Virus record (IMG/VR): IMGVR_UViG_3300035661_000005
Length of the DNA stretch: 64,000 nucleotides
Strand: one strand, 5' to 3'
Source of the DNA: a virus
Taxonomy: Duplodnaviria > Caudoviricetes
This document shows, piece after piece, positions 19,590-30,000 of the stretch; position 1 is the stretch's first letter; every line of letters starts with the position of its first letter. A program made the translations under genes and the position numbers. The notes beneath the pieces were generated by a model. The model saw only the letters and a program-made list of their open reading frames with translations, made no database searches and had not been told where the DNA came from.

Positions 19590-20186
19590 GTGAAGCGTAC
19601 GATCCTACTTCTCGGGCTACTTCTCCCCTCCGTGGCAGCGGCGCAGACGACTTGTCCGGCGGGGTCAACGTGCGTCCCGGCCGACGACATGAGGGTGTTC
19701 GTGCAGCTGCTGAAGGACCAGAAGTGCCGTGCGGAGACGGCGCCGATCTTCAAGCTCGACCCCATCTCGATCGTCACGGACAAGGATGGGCGCGTCTACG
19801 GGTCCGGGAGCGGACCGCAGCCGTACAAGCTCAAGATGTCGTGGTGCAACTACGAGGTTGAGGGCAAGGGACAGGTCGACATCGCCGTGGCGAAGCGTGA
19901 GCCGGAGACCTCCGGGTTCCGCTTCCGTCCCAAGGCGGCCATCGGCTACCTGCCGGTCACAGCGTACAAGCAGTCGGACGGGTACGCGGGGCTCGATGCC
20001 GGCGTCCTGATCGAGCCGGCGTACGTCTCGTGGTTCAACTTCAACGCCTACGTGGGCTTCCGCTCGGTCGGCGGGGGCTTCGGGTTCGACCTGACGAGGA
20101 ACATGGGCGCCTACGTGGGCTACGCGATCACGTGGGGCACCTGGCAATCCAACCTACACGGGGCGATCTCGTTCGCTCTCTGGTGA
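19590..20186 (+). CDS. Secreted outer-membrane beta-barrel-like protein
   Basis: Signal peptide (MKRTILLLGLLLPSVAAA-Q), amphipathic G/aromatic strands, C-terminal ...HGAISFALW. Confidence 0.6.
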   Translation: MKRTILLLGLLLPSVAAAQTTCPAGSTCVPADDMRVFVQLLKDQKCRAETAPIFKLDPISIVTDKDGRVYGSGSGPQPYKLKMSWCNYEVEGKGQVDIAVAKREPETSGFRFRPKAAIGYLPVTAYKQSDGYAGLDAGVLIEPAYVSWFNFNAYVGFRSVGGGFGFDLTRNMGAYVGYAITWGTWQSNLHGAISFALW

Positions 20187-20283
20187 GAGCCTGGCGTACG
20201 ATCGTCGTTCCGTCACGGGGTCCTCGGATCCTGCGACGCCACGTGAGTGCCCTCGCAGATGGGCCAGTCCTTTCGGCCCATAG

Positions 20284-20292
20284 CGGTGTAAG
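20284..20292 (+). promoter_or_regulatory. Repeated upstream motif YGGTGTAAG (first copy; about 10 in window)
   Basis: Copies at 20284, 23677, 32471, 37959, 53445, 56609, 60289; variants at 37620, 45079, 31809, 50770, 27007; one intragenic copy at 31707. Most lie 2-11 nt before a start codon. Confidence 0.7.
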
Positions 20293-20301
20293 GGAGGGCC
20301 A

Positions 20302-23300
20302 ATGCCTCCCAAAGTGTTGACGCCCGAGCTGCTCGTCACGTACGACCAGCTCAAGAAGGTTCGGGAATCCAAGACGGTTGCGCTCAAGCCGACCCCGATG
20401 CTTCGCGAAGAGATCGCGGGGTTCAACGGCAAACCGCAGCCGCTCAAGCTCCGCTACTACCAGTCGCAGGGCATCTTCCACCTGCTGCTGATGAAGCGCA
20501 TGGTTCTCGGAGACGGGACGGGCCTCGGGAAGTGTGTGACGGGCGACACCTTGCTCGCCACCGATAAGGGCCTCATCCCCATCTTGTCCCTCGCTCCCGC
20601 GGAGGACTTGCAGCCGAACACCTTCTACGAGCCGGCTTTCCCCGTGAGGGTCAGGATCGGGAACGAGTACGTTCCCGTCCATCGGTTCTACTGGAACGGT
20701 GAGGTGCGTACATACAAGGTGCGAACCAGGGATGGGTTTGAGGTCACGGGCAGCGCCAATCATCCGATCCTGGTCCGAGGGCCGGATGGGGAGAGCTTTT
20801 GCAAGCTCCCTGAGGTGGAGCCTGTAGAGAACTACGCCTGTATCGAGCGGCGGTCTTCCTTCCCGCTCTCGGTTCCTCCTATCCCGTTCGAGCCGAAGGT
20901 GGCGCCCAACGCAACGCGTTACACGGTCCCGAGCCACATCACGCCCGAACTGGCGCGGCTGCTCGGATACATCGTGGCCGCGGGGACGGTGACCTCGAAG
21001 TATCGAACGACCATCACGCAGCACCTGAACATGAACTCCGAAGCACACACGGACATCAGGGGGCTTCTTCAGACCATCTTCGGTTGGTCAAATGACACGA
21101 CCAACGCGGACCGTGACAAGAGCATCGAGGTCACGAGCCTCTGGCTCCGGCAGTACTTCGAAGCGTGTGGGGTGGGTTACACCACCGCACACACGAAGTC
21201 TGTCCCGTGGTGCGTTCAGCAGGGGACACGGGAAGTTGTGGCGGGGTTCCTTCGAGGGCTTTTCGAGGGCGATGGATCGGTGGTGTCGGGCGGGGTCGAG
21301 TTCTCTACCGCTTCGGAGCGGCTGGGAAAGGAGGTGCAGATCATGCTCCTCCAGTTCGGAATCGTGGCGACCCGGAAGTTCGTCGATGAGTACGACCACA
21401 CCTACTGGTGGCTCACCCTGTTCGGGGAGGATGCCAAGCTCTTCCACGACCAGATCGGGTTCGCCTCTCGTCGGAAACAGGACGCCCTCACGCAGTCCTT
21501 GCCCGCTGAGCGGAACCCGAACAAGGACGTGGTGCCTCACGCTCGGGAACTCGTGGAGCAGGTGCGGGCGGCCCTGATGGCGAAGTTGGATGTCTCTGGC
21601 TCGAACAACCAGCGACAGGGGTCTGGGCTCAAGCAGTTGGGGGACAATTTTCAGTCCAAGCTGAAGCATGTCCGGTCGGGTAACCGGAACCCCACCTACG
21701 CTTTCTTGCAGGAGGTGTATGCGGCCTGTGAGACGGCGGGGATTCTGGGGGATCCTGCCGTACAGGAGCTGTATGACCTTCTCCGCAGCCATTACTACTA
21801 CGACCCTATCGTCGAAGTCATCGAAGCCGGAACCCAGCCGGTGATGGACATCGAGGTCGATGACCCCCGGCACGCTTTCACGGCAAACGGGTTGGTCAAC
21901 CACAACACGTGCCAGGCGATCGGCGCCCTGTGCTACCTCTGGGCGAAGGAGACGGGCAACCGGGTCATCATCGTCACCCCGAAGTCCGCCCTACGTCAGT
22001 GGGACACAGAGATCCACCGCTTCGCCACGGGGATCAAGACGTACATCGTCTCGGGCACGCTGGAGGAGCGGAAAGCGGTCTACGAGGCGTGGGCGAAGCA
22101 TCCGGAGGACCACCCGAAGAAGCCGGTCCTCTTGGTCAACTACCACCTGCTCGTGCGCGACTGGGACCACGGGGGCGGGCTCAAGAAGGACCCGAAGAAC
22201 CCGAGGGACAAGGGCACGGTCGTCCCGGGGCTCGTGAACAGCCTGACGATGGGCATGCCGAACATCGTGACCATCTACGATGAGGCCACGGCGTTCAAGA
22301 ATTCGTCGACGAAGACGTGGCAGGTGGCGGCGCAGCTGTCGTTGCGGTCGCATCGTTGCTACGGGCTGACGGCGACCCTCCTCAAGAACAACCTCATGGA
22401 GGGCTTCTCGATCTACAAGGCCATCGTGCCCGACCTGTTCGGCACGAAGACCGGCTTCATCCGGGACTACTGCGTGACGCGCGACCTGCAGGTCAGCGGC
22501 CGACGCATCCCCCTCGTGGTCGGCTACCGCAACCTGCAGACGTTCCGCAACACGATCGACCCGTTCTTCCTGGGGAGGTCCAAGCACACGGTCAGCGACG
22601 AGCTACCGACCCTCATCACGAAGGACATGCTCTGCGAGCTGTCCCCCGCCGAGGATGCCAAGTACACCGAGGCCCTGACGGGGATCATCGAGCTGGGCGA
22701 TGGTGAGGTCAAGGACTACGAGGAGCACAAGGCGTTCGTCAGCCTGATCTACTGCCAACAGGCGGTGAATTCGCTGACGATGCTCAAGTTCGACTCCGGG
22801 CAGGAATTCGAGACGGGGCTCTTCAGCGACGAGGTGCTCAAGGTCGACAAGCTCGGTGCCAAAGAGCAGGCCCTCTTCGACCTCATCAACGATGAGCTGT
22901 CGGACGAGAAGGTCATCGTCTACACGCGCTTCGCGTCCCTCGTCCCGCGTCTCCAGCACATCCTCGCCGAGGCCAAGATCAAGTCCGTCCGGATCACCGG
23001 CAAGGACAACGACATCGCGCGCAAGAAGGCCCAGGAGGCGTTCCAGAACCTGGAGTCCGATACGAAGGTCATCTTCATCACGGACGCCGGGTCGGAGGCC
23101 ATCAACCTCCAGGCGGCGAGCGCGATGATCTTCTACGACGCGCCGTGGAGCTGGGGCAACTACGTCCAGCTGCTGGGTCGCCCGATCCGTATCGGCAGCC
23201 CGCACCAGCACATCGTTGTCTACCACCTCATCGCCGAGCGTCCGGGGGATACGAAGAAGGCCCGCAAGACGATCGACCACCATGTTTTGGAGATGCTCGA

Positions 23301-23424
23301 CAAGAAGAAGGGCCTGATCGATCGCGTTCTCGGCGAGGCGGCGGTTGGGGCCTTGGACTTCGAGAAGGGTTCGGTTACCAAGGATCTCGTGCGTAGGCTC
23401 CAGGGCAAGGGCGGTGACGAATGA
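20302..23424 (+). CDS. SNF2-family helicase with intein
   Basis: LRYYQ Q-motif, GDGTGLGK|T Walker A split by an intein, IYDEAT, LTATLLKNN, SEAINLQAA, QLLGRPIRIG. Confidence 0.9.
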   Translation: MPPKVLTPELLVTYDQLKKVRESKTVALKPTPMLREEIAGFNGKPQPLKLRYYQSQGIFHLLLMKRMVLGDGTGLGKCVTGDTLLATDKGLIPILSLAPAEDLQPNTFYEPAFPVRVRIGNEYVPVHRFYWNGEVRTYKVRTRDGFEVTGSANHPILVRGPDGESFCKLPEVEPVENYACIERRSSFPLSVPPIPFEPKVAPNATRYTVPSHITPELARLLGYIVAAGTVTSKYRTTITQHLNMNSEAHTDIRGLLQTIFGWSNDTTNADRDKSIEVTSLWLRQYFEACGVGYTTAHTKSVPWCVQQGTREVVAGFLRGLFEGDGSVVSGGVEFSTASERLGKEVQIMLLQFGIVATRKFVDEYDHTYWWLTLFGEDAKLFHDQIGFASRRKQDALTQSLPAERNPNKDVVPHARELVEQVRAALMAKLDVSGSNNQRQGSGLKQLGDNFQSKLKHVRSGNRNPTYAFLQEVYAACETAGILGDPAVQELYDLLRSHYYYDPIVEVIEAGTQPVMDIEVDDPRHAFTANGLVNHNTCQAIGALCYLWAKETGNRVIIVTPKSALRQWDTEIHRFATGIKTYIVSGTLEERKAVYEAWAKHPEDHPKKPVLLVNYHLLVRDWDHGGGLKKDPKNPRDKGTVVPGLVNSLTMGMPNIVTIYDEATAFKNSSTKTWQVAAQLSLRSHRCYGLTATLLKNNLMEGFSIYKAIVPDLFGTKTGFIRDYCVTRDLQVSGRRIPLVVGYRNLQTFRNTIDPFFLGRSKHTVSDELPTLITKDMLCELSPAEDAKYTEALTGIIELGDGEVKDYEEHKAFVSLIYCQQAVNSLTMLKFDSGQEFETGLFSDEVLKVDKLGAKEQALFDLINDELSDEKVIVYTRFASLVPRLQHILAEAKIKSVRITGKDNDIARKKAQEAFQNLESDTKVIFITDAGSEAINLQAASAMIFYDAPWSWGNYVQLLGRPIRIGSPHQHIVVYHLIAERPGDTKKARKTIDHHVLEMLDKKKGLIDRVLGEAAVGALDFEKGSVTKDLVRRLQGKGGDE
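20533..21906 (+). mobile_element. Intein (458 aa, LAGLIDADG) in SNF2 Walker A
   Basis: CVTGDT...ANGLVNHN followed by Thr; FLRGLFEGDG motif. Confidence 0.92.
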
Positions 23425-23684
23425 TGCGCGAAGCCATCTTCCGGGAATTCGAGATCGAGCGCGACAAGCAGGACCGCATGTGGGGCGGAGAGGCCCACGA
23501 CGCACACCACACGGCACACGACTGGATCGCCTACCTCGTGAAGCACGTCGGCAAGGCGGTCCACTGGCCGTGGACGGTCGAGCGCTTCCGGCACCAGATG
23601 GTCATCATCGGCGCGCTCTCCGTGGCGATCATCGAGTGGTGTGACGCGCAGAGGACGGTTGGGGATCGTCCCCCCTCGGTGTAA
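23421..23684 (+). CDS. MazG-like all-alpha NTP pyrophosphohydrolase-fold protein (degenerate)
   Basis: ERDKQDRMWG..H..W....VGKA...IGALSVAIIE pattern; the acidic EExxE motif is replaced by LVKHVGK. Confidence 0.45.
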   Translation: MMREAIFREFEIERDKQDRMWGGEAHDAHHTAHDWIAYLVKHVGKAVHWPWTVERFRHQMVIIGALSVAIIEWCDAQRTVGDRPPSV

Positions 23685-23696
23685 GAGGGGGACTGC

Positions 23697-24539
23697 ATGA
23701 CCGAGATCGGCTGCGACCAGTGCAATCACACGGGGTTCCTACCCGTACCGGGGGATGACTCCCGGGTGCAGCAGTGCATCTGTTCCTACGCCCGTGCGCT
23801 CAAGGCGCACCTGGGACCGGAGATCGCTGCTGCACCGATCATTCTCAAGAGCCCCCTCTACGTGGCGGGTGGGAAGGGTGAGCCGGCCAAGATCGATCGC
23901 ACCCAGGACAACCTGTTCATCAAGGTCTACTGGTCCGATCTCCTGCCGCATTTGAAGTGGGCACTGACCTGCAAAGGTCCGATGTTCCGCTACCGTATCG
24001 TGACGGACGAGCGGCTGAAGACGGTCTACCTCGGCTCCGAGGACTACCGTGCGCGAGCCAAAAGCAAGCGGGACGACATCACGACCTTCAACAGCGTGGG
24101 CGACCTGATCGGGCCGGAATACGACATGGTCATCGTTCGGCTCGGATTCCTCGGGTACAAGAACGTCGCCATGCCGGGCATCCTCAAGGAGGCCCTCATG
24201 CTGCGGGAGTCCGCGTTGAAGCCCACGTGGCTCATCGAGGAGCCTGCAAGCATCTACGGTTTCGGCCACTTTTCGTACAGCGAGGACACGGCGGCATACA
24301 TTGACCGCCTCTTCGAGGTCATCAACCTCGTGGACGAGAAGCGGACGCCCGAAGCTCCGCGTGGCGTGGAGCCCGTGGAAGACGTGACCATGGAGGATGA
24401 CGAGCCGAGGCCGCAGATCGTACAACCCCCTCAGCCCAGGTTCACGAGTCCCAAGATCGATCCCGTGGAGTTTGCCGTGCCTGAAGGAAGCGGTAGGAAG
24501 TCCGGCTGGAAGAAGAAGGGCGGAGGGGGTCCGGTATGA
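23697..24539 (+). CDS. DnaC/IstB-like helicase loader with degenerate ATPase motifs
   Basis: N-terminal CDQC..G..CIC Zn motif; AAA+-like order of elements without GKT or DD; directly upstream of and overlapping dnaB. Confidence 0.45.
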   Translation: MTEIGCDQCNHTGFLPVPGDDSRVQQCICSYARALKAHLGPEIAAAPIILKSPLYVAGGKGEPAKIDRTQDNLFIKVYWSDLLPHLKWALTCKGPMFRYRIVTDERLKTVYLGSEDYRARAKSKRDDITTFNSVGDLIGPEYDMVIVRLGFLGYKNVAMPGILKEALMLRESALKPTWLIEEPASIYGFGHFSYSEDTAAYIDRLFEVINLVDEKRTPEAPRGVEPVEDVTMEDDEPRPQIVQPPQPRFTSPKIDPVEFAVPEGSGRKSGWKKKGGGGPV

Positions 24540-26008
24540 AGCGCCTTCTTCGTTCCGTCATCGAATTCGACAAGGCGATCACGCCAGATCAGCTCGTCCA
24601 GAACTTCCAGAAGCTCGTTCAGGCGCACCTCGAATGGTCCCGGCCGGACGATGCCCGGATCTTCGACTTCCTGCTGACTTACTTCCAGAGCCGGCTGGAG
24701 CTACCGAGCGGCTCGACGGTCAATGACTACTTCGACAAGACCGGCGACATCGAGGTCATCGAGCGTCTCAAGGACATTCAGGCAACAACCTGGTACGTCC
24801 GCACGGGCTTCGCTCACCTGCTGCAGACGATCCTGGAGGATCTGAACCGCATCAAGGCGACGGCGCTCCTCAAGGAGACGAACGAGATCATCAACAAGGG
24901 TCTCATCGTCCAGGATGGGCGGGAGAAGATCCGCAAGCAGGGGGTGCGCGAGGGCCTCGTCCACTTCACGCAGCGGGCGCACGACCTGATCCTCACGGAG
25001 TACAACGCCCGTACGTCCGGGGACATCCTGCAGGATGGCCAATCCGTCTGGGACGAGTACACGGACGCGAAGGTCAACAAGGACAAGGTCTGGGGTCGCT
25101 TCACGGGACTCGATGCCATCGACAACGTCTGCCACGGCATCAAGAGGGGCGAGCTATGGGTCCACGCTGGGTTCCCCGGCGAGCTGAAGACCACGTTCGC
25201 CATCAACTGGTGCTACAACCTGGTGACCCGGTATAGGTCGAACGTCCTCTATTTCTCTCTGGAGATGCCCTACGAGCAGCTCCGCCGGCAGGTCTACGTC
25301 ATGCACTCGTCCCACGCGAAGTGGAGGGTGCAGGGCTACACGCCCCTGGACTACCGCAAGGTCCGCGACGGGGAGTTGACGCAGGCGGAGGAGGAATTCT
25401 ACCAGAAGGTCATCGACGATTTCTGCAACAACCCTGACTACTGCCAGTTCGAGATCCGGTCCCCCGATCGGGACATGACGATCGACGACATCCGTCTTGA
25501 GACGGAGATGACGCACAAGCAGATGGAAGTCGGTATGGTCGTCATCGACCATGGGCAGCTCATGGAGGCCCGCAAGGCCAAACGGTCCAAGGACTACGTC
25601 GTCGAGCTGAACAGCATCATCCGGGACACGAAGAAGTTCTGCCTGCACTTCAACCACGGCGAGAAGATCCCGACCCTCCTGCTCTTCCAGATCAACCGTC
25701 AGGGCAAGGAGGAGGCGGTCAAAGCGCAGGGGAGATACAAGATGTCCGCCCTCGCTTATGCGAACGAAGTCGAGAAGTCCGCGGACGTGATCACGACCAC
25801 GTACCTCGACGACAAACACCGTCAGGGGCGAACGACCATGATCTGCAACCTCAAGAACCGGGACAACCCGCTCTTCGAGCCCTTCGTGGCCCAGGTCGAC
25901 TTCCCTTGCCGCCGCATCTCGAATTGCGACGGGTACCAGGGGAGCGACGGGCGTGGGATGGGGGTTGAGGACTACGCTGCTGTGCTGCAGGCCATGGCGG
26001 CGATCTGA
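24536..26008 (+). CDS. dnaB: DnaB-like replicative helicase
   Basis: GFPGELKT, FSLEMP, VVIDHGQLM, QINRQG, EVEKSAD, KNRD motifs. Confidence 0.85.
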   Translation: MKRLLRSVIEFDKAITPDQLVQNFQKLVQAHLEWSRPDDARIFDFLLTYFQSRLELPSGSTVNDYFDKTGDIEVIERLKDIQATTWYVRTGFAHLLQTILEDLNRIKATALLKETNEIINKGLIVQDGREKIRKQGVREGLVHFTQRAHDLILTEYNARTSGDILQDGQSVWDEYTDAKVNKDKVWGRFTGLDAIDNVCHGIKRGELWVHAGFPGELKTTFAINWCYNLVTRYRSNVLYFSLEMPYEQLRRQVYVMHSSHAKWRVQGYTPLDYRKVRDGELTQAEEEFYQKVIDDFCNNPDYCQFEIRSPDRDMTIDDIRLETEMTHKQMEVGMVVIDHGQLMEARKAKRSKDYVVELNSIIRDTKKFCLHFNHGEKIPTLLLFQINRQGKEEAVKAQGRYKMSALAYANEVEKSADVITTTYLDDKHRQGRTTMICNLKNRDNPLFEPFVAQVDFPCRRISNCDGYQGSDGRGMGVEDYAAVLQAMAAI

Positions 26009-26643
26009 TGGCCCGGGACTTCCTCGGGGAAGCCGAACGCGAAGCCACCCAGAGCGCATCGTTCCGTCGCTGGGTGGCCCAGCGGATCGCCGCTATCCAC
26101 GACAGGGTATCAGCGGGCGACGTGCTGGCCCGTAACGGCGTCCACCTGAAGTACGGCGGCCACCGGCCCGAACAGCTCTCCTGCCCCTTCCACGGGACCG
26201 ACAACCGCCCCAGCGCCCGATACTTCCCAGACGGTGAGAGTCCCGCCCATATCTGGTGCTACGTCTGTAAGGAGCGGTGGGACAGCATCACCCTTTGGCG
26301 GAAGTTCAACCAGTTCGAGGGGCCTTTCACTCGGCTGCTGTTCGACATCGAGCGGGCCTTCGGCATCGACACGCCCGAGGCGCCTACTCAGGACGAAGGC
26401 TTCGAGGATGATGGACCGGACGCGGAGGTCTTGCAGCTGATGGAAATCTGCGAGCGCCGCCTCCGTGGAGCGCGAGCCTCGTTCGACCTGCGAGCGTTCC
26501 TCACGGTCGGAAGCATCCTCGACCGGCTATCCTACCGACTCGAAACGCAGAAGATCACGGTCAAGGCGGCCATGCTCACTCTCCACCGGGTCCTTGACAA
26601 GATCGGGGAGAAGGAGCGCGCTTGTCCCGGCGGATCAAACTGA
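26008..26643 (+). CDS. Stand-alone CHC2 primase zinc-binding domain protein
   Basis: SCPFHG.DNRPSA...WCYVC; no TOPRIM domain in the 211 aa. Confidence 0.75.
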   Translation: MARDFLGEAEREATQSASFRRWVAQRIAAIHDRVSAGDVLARNGVHLKYGGHRPEQLSCPFHGTDNRPSARYFPDGESPAHIWCYVCKERWDSITLWRKFNQFEGPFTRLLFDIERAFGIDTPEAPTQDEGFEDDGPDAEVLQLMEICERRLRGARASFDLRAFLTVGSILDRLSYRLETQKITVKAAMLTLHRVLDKIGEKERACPGGSN

Positions 26644-27038
26644 AGACCAAGGAGCTGGGGGACCTACACCTGATGCTGATCTTCAGCACGGGCGGGGTCT
26701 GGGAACCTGCCTGGGCAGCGTTGAAGGACCACCCGTACGCCGAGTACCTCACCCGGACGAGCACGGAGGTCGTCCACCATGCGCTACACGGCTGGACGCT
26801 GCCGCTCGTGAGGGCTTTGGGGCCGAGTCCCGCCATTGCTCTGCACAAGTTGTCCCCAGACGCCAAACAGTGCGACCTCTGGGACCACTGCATTTTCTAC
26901 GACAAGCGACACTGCCTGCCGAACGCGCGAAAAATGCCGCACTGCTTTCAGCCGCGCGGCTTGTCCCCCGACTTGGGCTACCTGGTGATCAGCCTTTGGC
27001 GGGAGTCGGTGTATATCGTGGTCGAGGAGACCCCATGA
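26622..27038 (+). CDS. Hypothetical Cys-cluster protein, 138 aa
   Basis: TTG start after GGAG; four Cys near the C-terminus (CDLWDHC...HC...HC). Confidence 0.55.
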   Translation: MSRRIKLKTKELGDLHLMLIFSTGGVWEPAWAALKDHPYAEYLTRTSTEVVHHALHGWTLPLVRALGPSPAIALHKLSPDAKQCDLWDHCIFYDKRHCLPNARKMPHCFQPRGLSPDLGYLVISLWRESVYIVVEETP

Positions 27039-30000
27039 GTGAGACCGAAGACTTTGACGAGATGCTTGCAGCCCTAGAGGCCGTGCAGCCTCCGGCGGAA
27101 ACCCGGTCCACTGCCGTGCCCGACACGGATCCCGTCAACTCCTACCCGGACCCGACTGGGGAACCGATCGAGCCGGATGGCCCCGTGGCGGCTCCCCCTC
27201 CCATGGCTGCGCCAGTGACGGCTCCCGTGGCTACGGACGATGCTGAGGACTTCATGTCCGGCATGGGTCTCCAGGCGGAGGGTCAGCAGGACCTACGCAA
27301 GCCCTGGATGAAGCACCACAGGTTCGTGCTCGTCCAGAAGATCGAGGAGGTCCGCAAGCTCATCGACGAGGCCATCGCCAGCGGCAAGTGCAGCCTCGAC
27401 CTGGAGTGTGAGGGGCTGGACAACCGCATCATCTACAACGCCCAGGGCAAGATGGAGACGGTCCACAAGATCGTCGGTTACTGCATCGCCTATGGGGACG
27501 CGAAGGCCGGGTACTACATTCCGGTCCGGCATAAGCCGTTCGATGGCAGTCCGGGGATGAACGTCGAGCCGGTGGCCGAGGTCGAGGCAGAGATTCGTCG
27601 CCTCTGCCTAGCGGCGCAGCCGACGCCGAAGCCCGGCCAGGAGGATCTCCTCGCCTTCAAGGAATTCGAGACACCCCCGCGGGTCGTCATCGATTTCTGG
27701 AATGCCAAGTTCGACCAGGAGTTTCTGTTCCCGGTCACGGGGATCGACTTCTGGCACCCGGACTCGTTCGAGGATGGGCTCCTAGCGTTCTTCACGATTT
27801 TCTCGGGAGATCACGCGCTCGGCCTCAAGCCGAAGGCGGCACAGAAGCTCCGCGATCCGGACGGTAACCCGTACGTGATGATCGAGATCAAGGATCTGTT
27901 TCCGAACAGGCGGAAGATCAACTTCGCCTCCCTGTCGCCGGACGAGCCGAACGTCGTCCCCTACGCGTGCTCGGACGCCATCTGCACCAGGCTCCTCTGC
28001 GCGCTCCCCGACCTCTTGCCGGTCATCCGGGCGGACAAGCGTGGGCGGGCGTTCACCTACCGGCTGGAGAAGCAGGTCAGCCAGGTCGTGCGCGTCATGG
28101 AGCGCAACCGGGTCAGGGTGAATCGTCAGAGGGTCATCGAGCTACGGGACATCCACCGTAAGGGTCGGGAGCGCTACCGGGAGATGATCGTGGCCCTGGC
28201 GCGTAGCAAGGGCTTCATGGAATTCGAGCCGGGCTCTCCAGCCCAGCTCAGCGAATTCCTCTTCTCCGAGCGGGGGCTGAACATCAACCCGAAGCCGGAG
28301 AAGAACGCCTCGGGGGCCTACAAGACCGACTTCGACACACTCGACGGCATCACCAAGGAGCTAGGGGACAACGCGCCCGAGGTGCTCAAGTGGGTCGTGA
28401 GCTACCGGGAAGAGGACAAGGTGCTCGGGACCTACCTCGAAAGCCTCTCGACGAACCCGGACGCGAACGACGAGCTACGTTTCAACTTCAAGCAGACGGG
28501 CGCTGCGACGGGGCGCTTCTCGGCACCGGCGGGTGAACCCGAGCACGGCTTCTCGGGCGTTCCGATCCACGGGATGCCGTCGACGTCCGATCTCCGGCAG
28601 GTCTTCGAGGCCCGCATCGGCTACACGATGGTCAAATGCGACTACGCCGGCCAGGAGCTGCGTATCGTCACGAACCTCTCGAACGAGCCCGTCTGGGTCA
28701 AGGAATTCCTCGAAGGAACCGGCGACCTGCACACGATCACGGCCCGAGCCTTCTACAACAAGCAGGAGGTCAGCAAGGACGAGCGCAAGGCGGGGAAGGT
28801 CGCCAACTTCGCCCTCGTCTACGGTGGCGGACCCCAGGCCATCATGCGAGCGACCGGCTGCGACAAGGTCGAGGGGCAGCGGCGCAAGCAAGCCTTCGAC
28901 AAGGCGGTCCCGACCTTCGCCAAGTGGGTCAAGGGGCAGCACGATAAGGTCAAGAAAGATCTGGGCGTCTACACGGCTTTCGGCCGCTGGGTGTCGATCC
29001 CGGATGCGTCGATCAGGGTCGGGCAGCTCGACCAGAACGGCAAGCCCGTCGGATCCGACGAGGACATCCGACGCATCCGTGCGGCGTGTGAGCGCCACGC
29101 GACCAATTACCCGATCCAGGGGTGCCTTCAGCCGTCTGCTAGGGTACTCACGACCCAAGGGTACAAGACGGTCGCACAGCTACGCGAAGAGGGGGGCACT
29201 GGGTGGACGTGGACGGGCTCGAACTGGGCCGAGTTTGAGATCCTGGACAAGGGGGAGTGGCAGTACGCCGAGATCGAACTGGTCGATGGCACGATTATCC
29301 CCTGTGATACCCGGCACAAACTCCTCGTCGTCACGGAGAGTGGCTACGAGTGGCGGGAGTACGAGGCGCTTCGTCCCGAGGATCAGGTGGCAACCTCCCT
29401 GGCAACGCCCGTTCAATTCCCGGGTGAGCCCTTGCCTCCTCTGGAGGTGGGAGAGAAGTCCAACTTGAGCCCCTTGTTGCCGGAAGGGTGTGAGGCCGAT
29501 CTCTGGTTCTGGCTGGGGTACTATTACGGGGATGGTTGGAAGGGAGACGAGAAGGGCTGCCTCACGTACTGTTTCGGGGATCACGAAACGTCGATGATGG
29601 ATCGTTGTGTCGGTTTTTGGTCTCATTGGGGCTTGAACCCGAAGATCAAGGAAAACACGCATCAGCCCGCCGAGAAGGTTTCGACCCGGTTTGATGTGGA
29701 GGTGCGGAGCGTAGACTTGGCCCGCTGGCTCTCGAAGCTGGGCATCAACCAGTCGGACGCCCACACGAAACGACTCCCGGATCGGGTCTTCTGCGAGCCC
29801 TTGCTCTATCGGCAAGCCTTCATCAAGGGGCTCATGGCGTCAGACGGGCACCGGACGTCGGACGGCAACCCCTACCACCTCCATCTGTATCAGGCAGATT
29901 TGCTTCGAGACGTGAAGCTGCTGCTGCGTACCGTGGGAGTGGAATCGTCGCTCCACGGCCCTTACCACCAGACGGACAAGAACGGGTTGGAGACCACCAG

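Noticed and set aside
26465-27034. 570-nt N-terminal extension of polA in the ORF track
   Set aside because: Overlaps two real genes in other frames and reads as low-complexity; ATG 27035 is coupled to the upstream stop.
29382-29392. 11-nt match (ATCAGGTGGCA) between the putative omegaRNA guide and the PolA intein
   Set aside because: The match breaks at position 12 and no recognisable TAM precedes it. An 11-mer hit in 128 kb of both strands is only mildly improbable.
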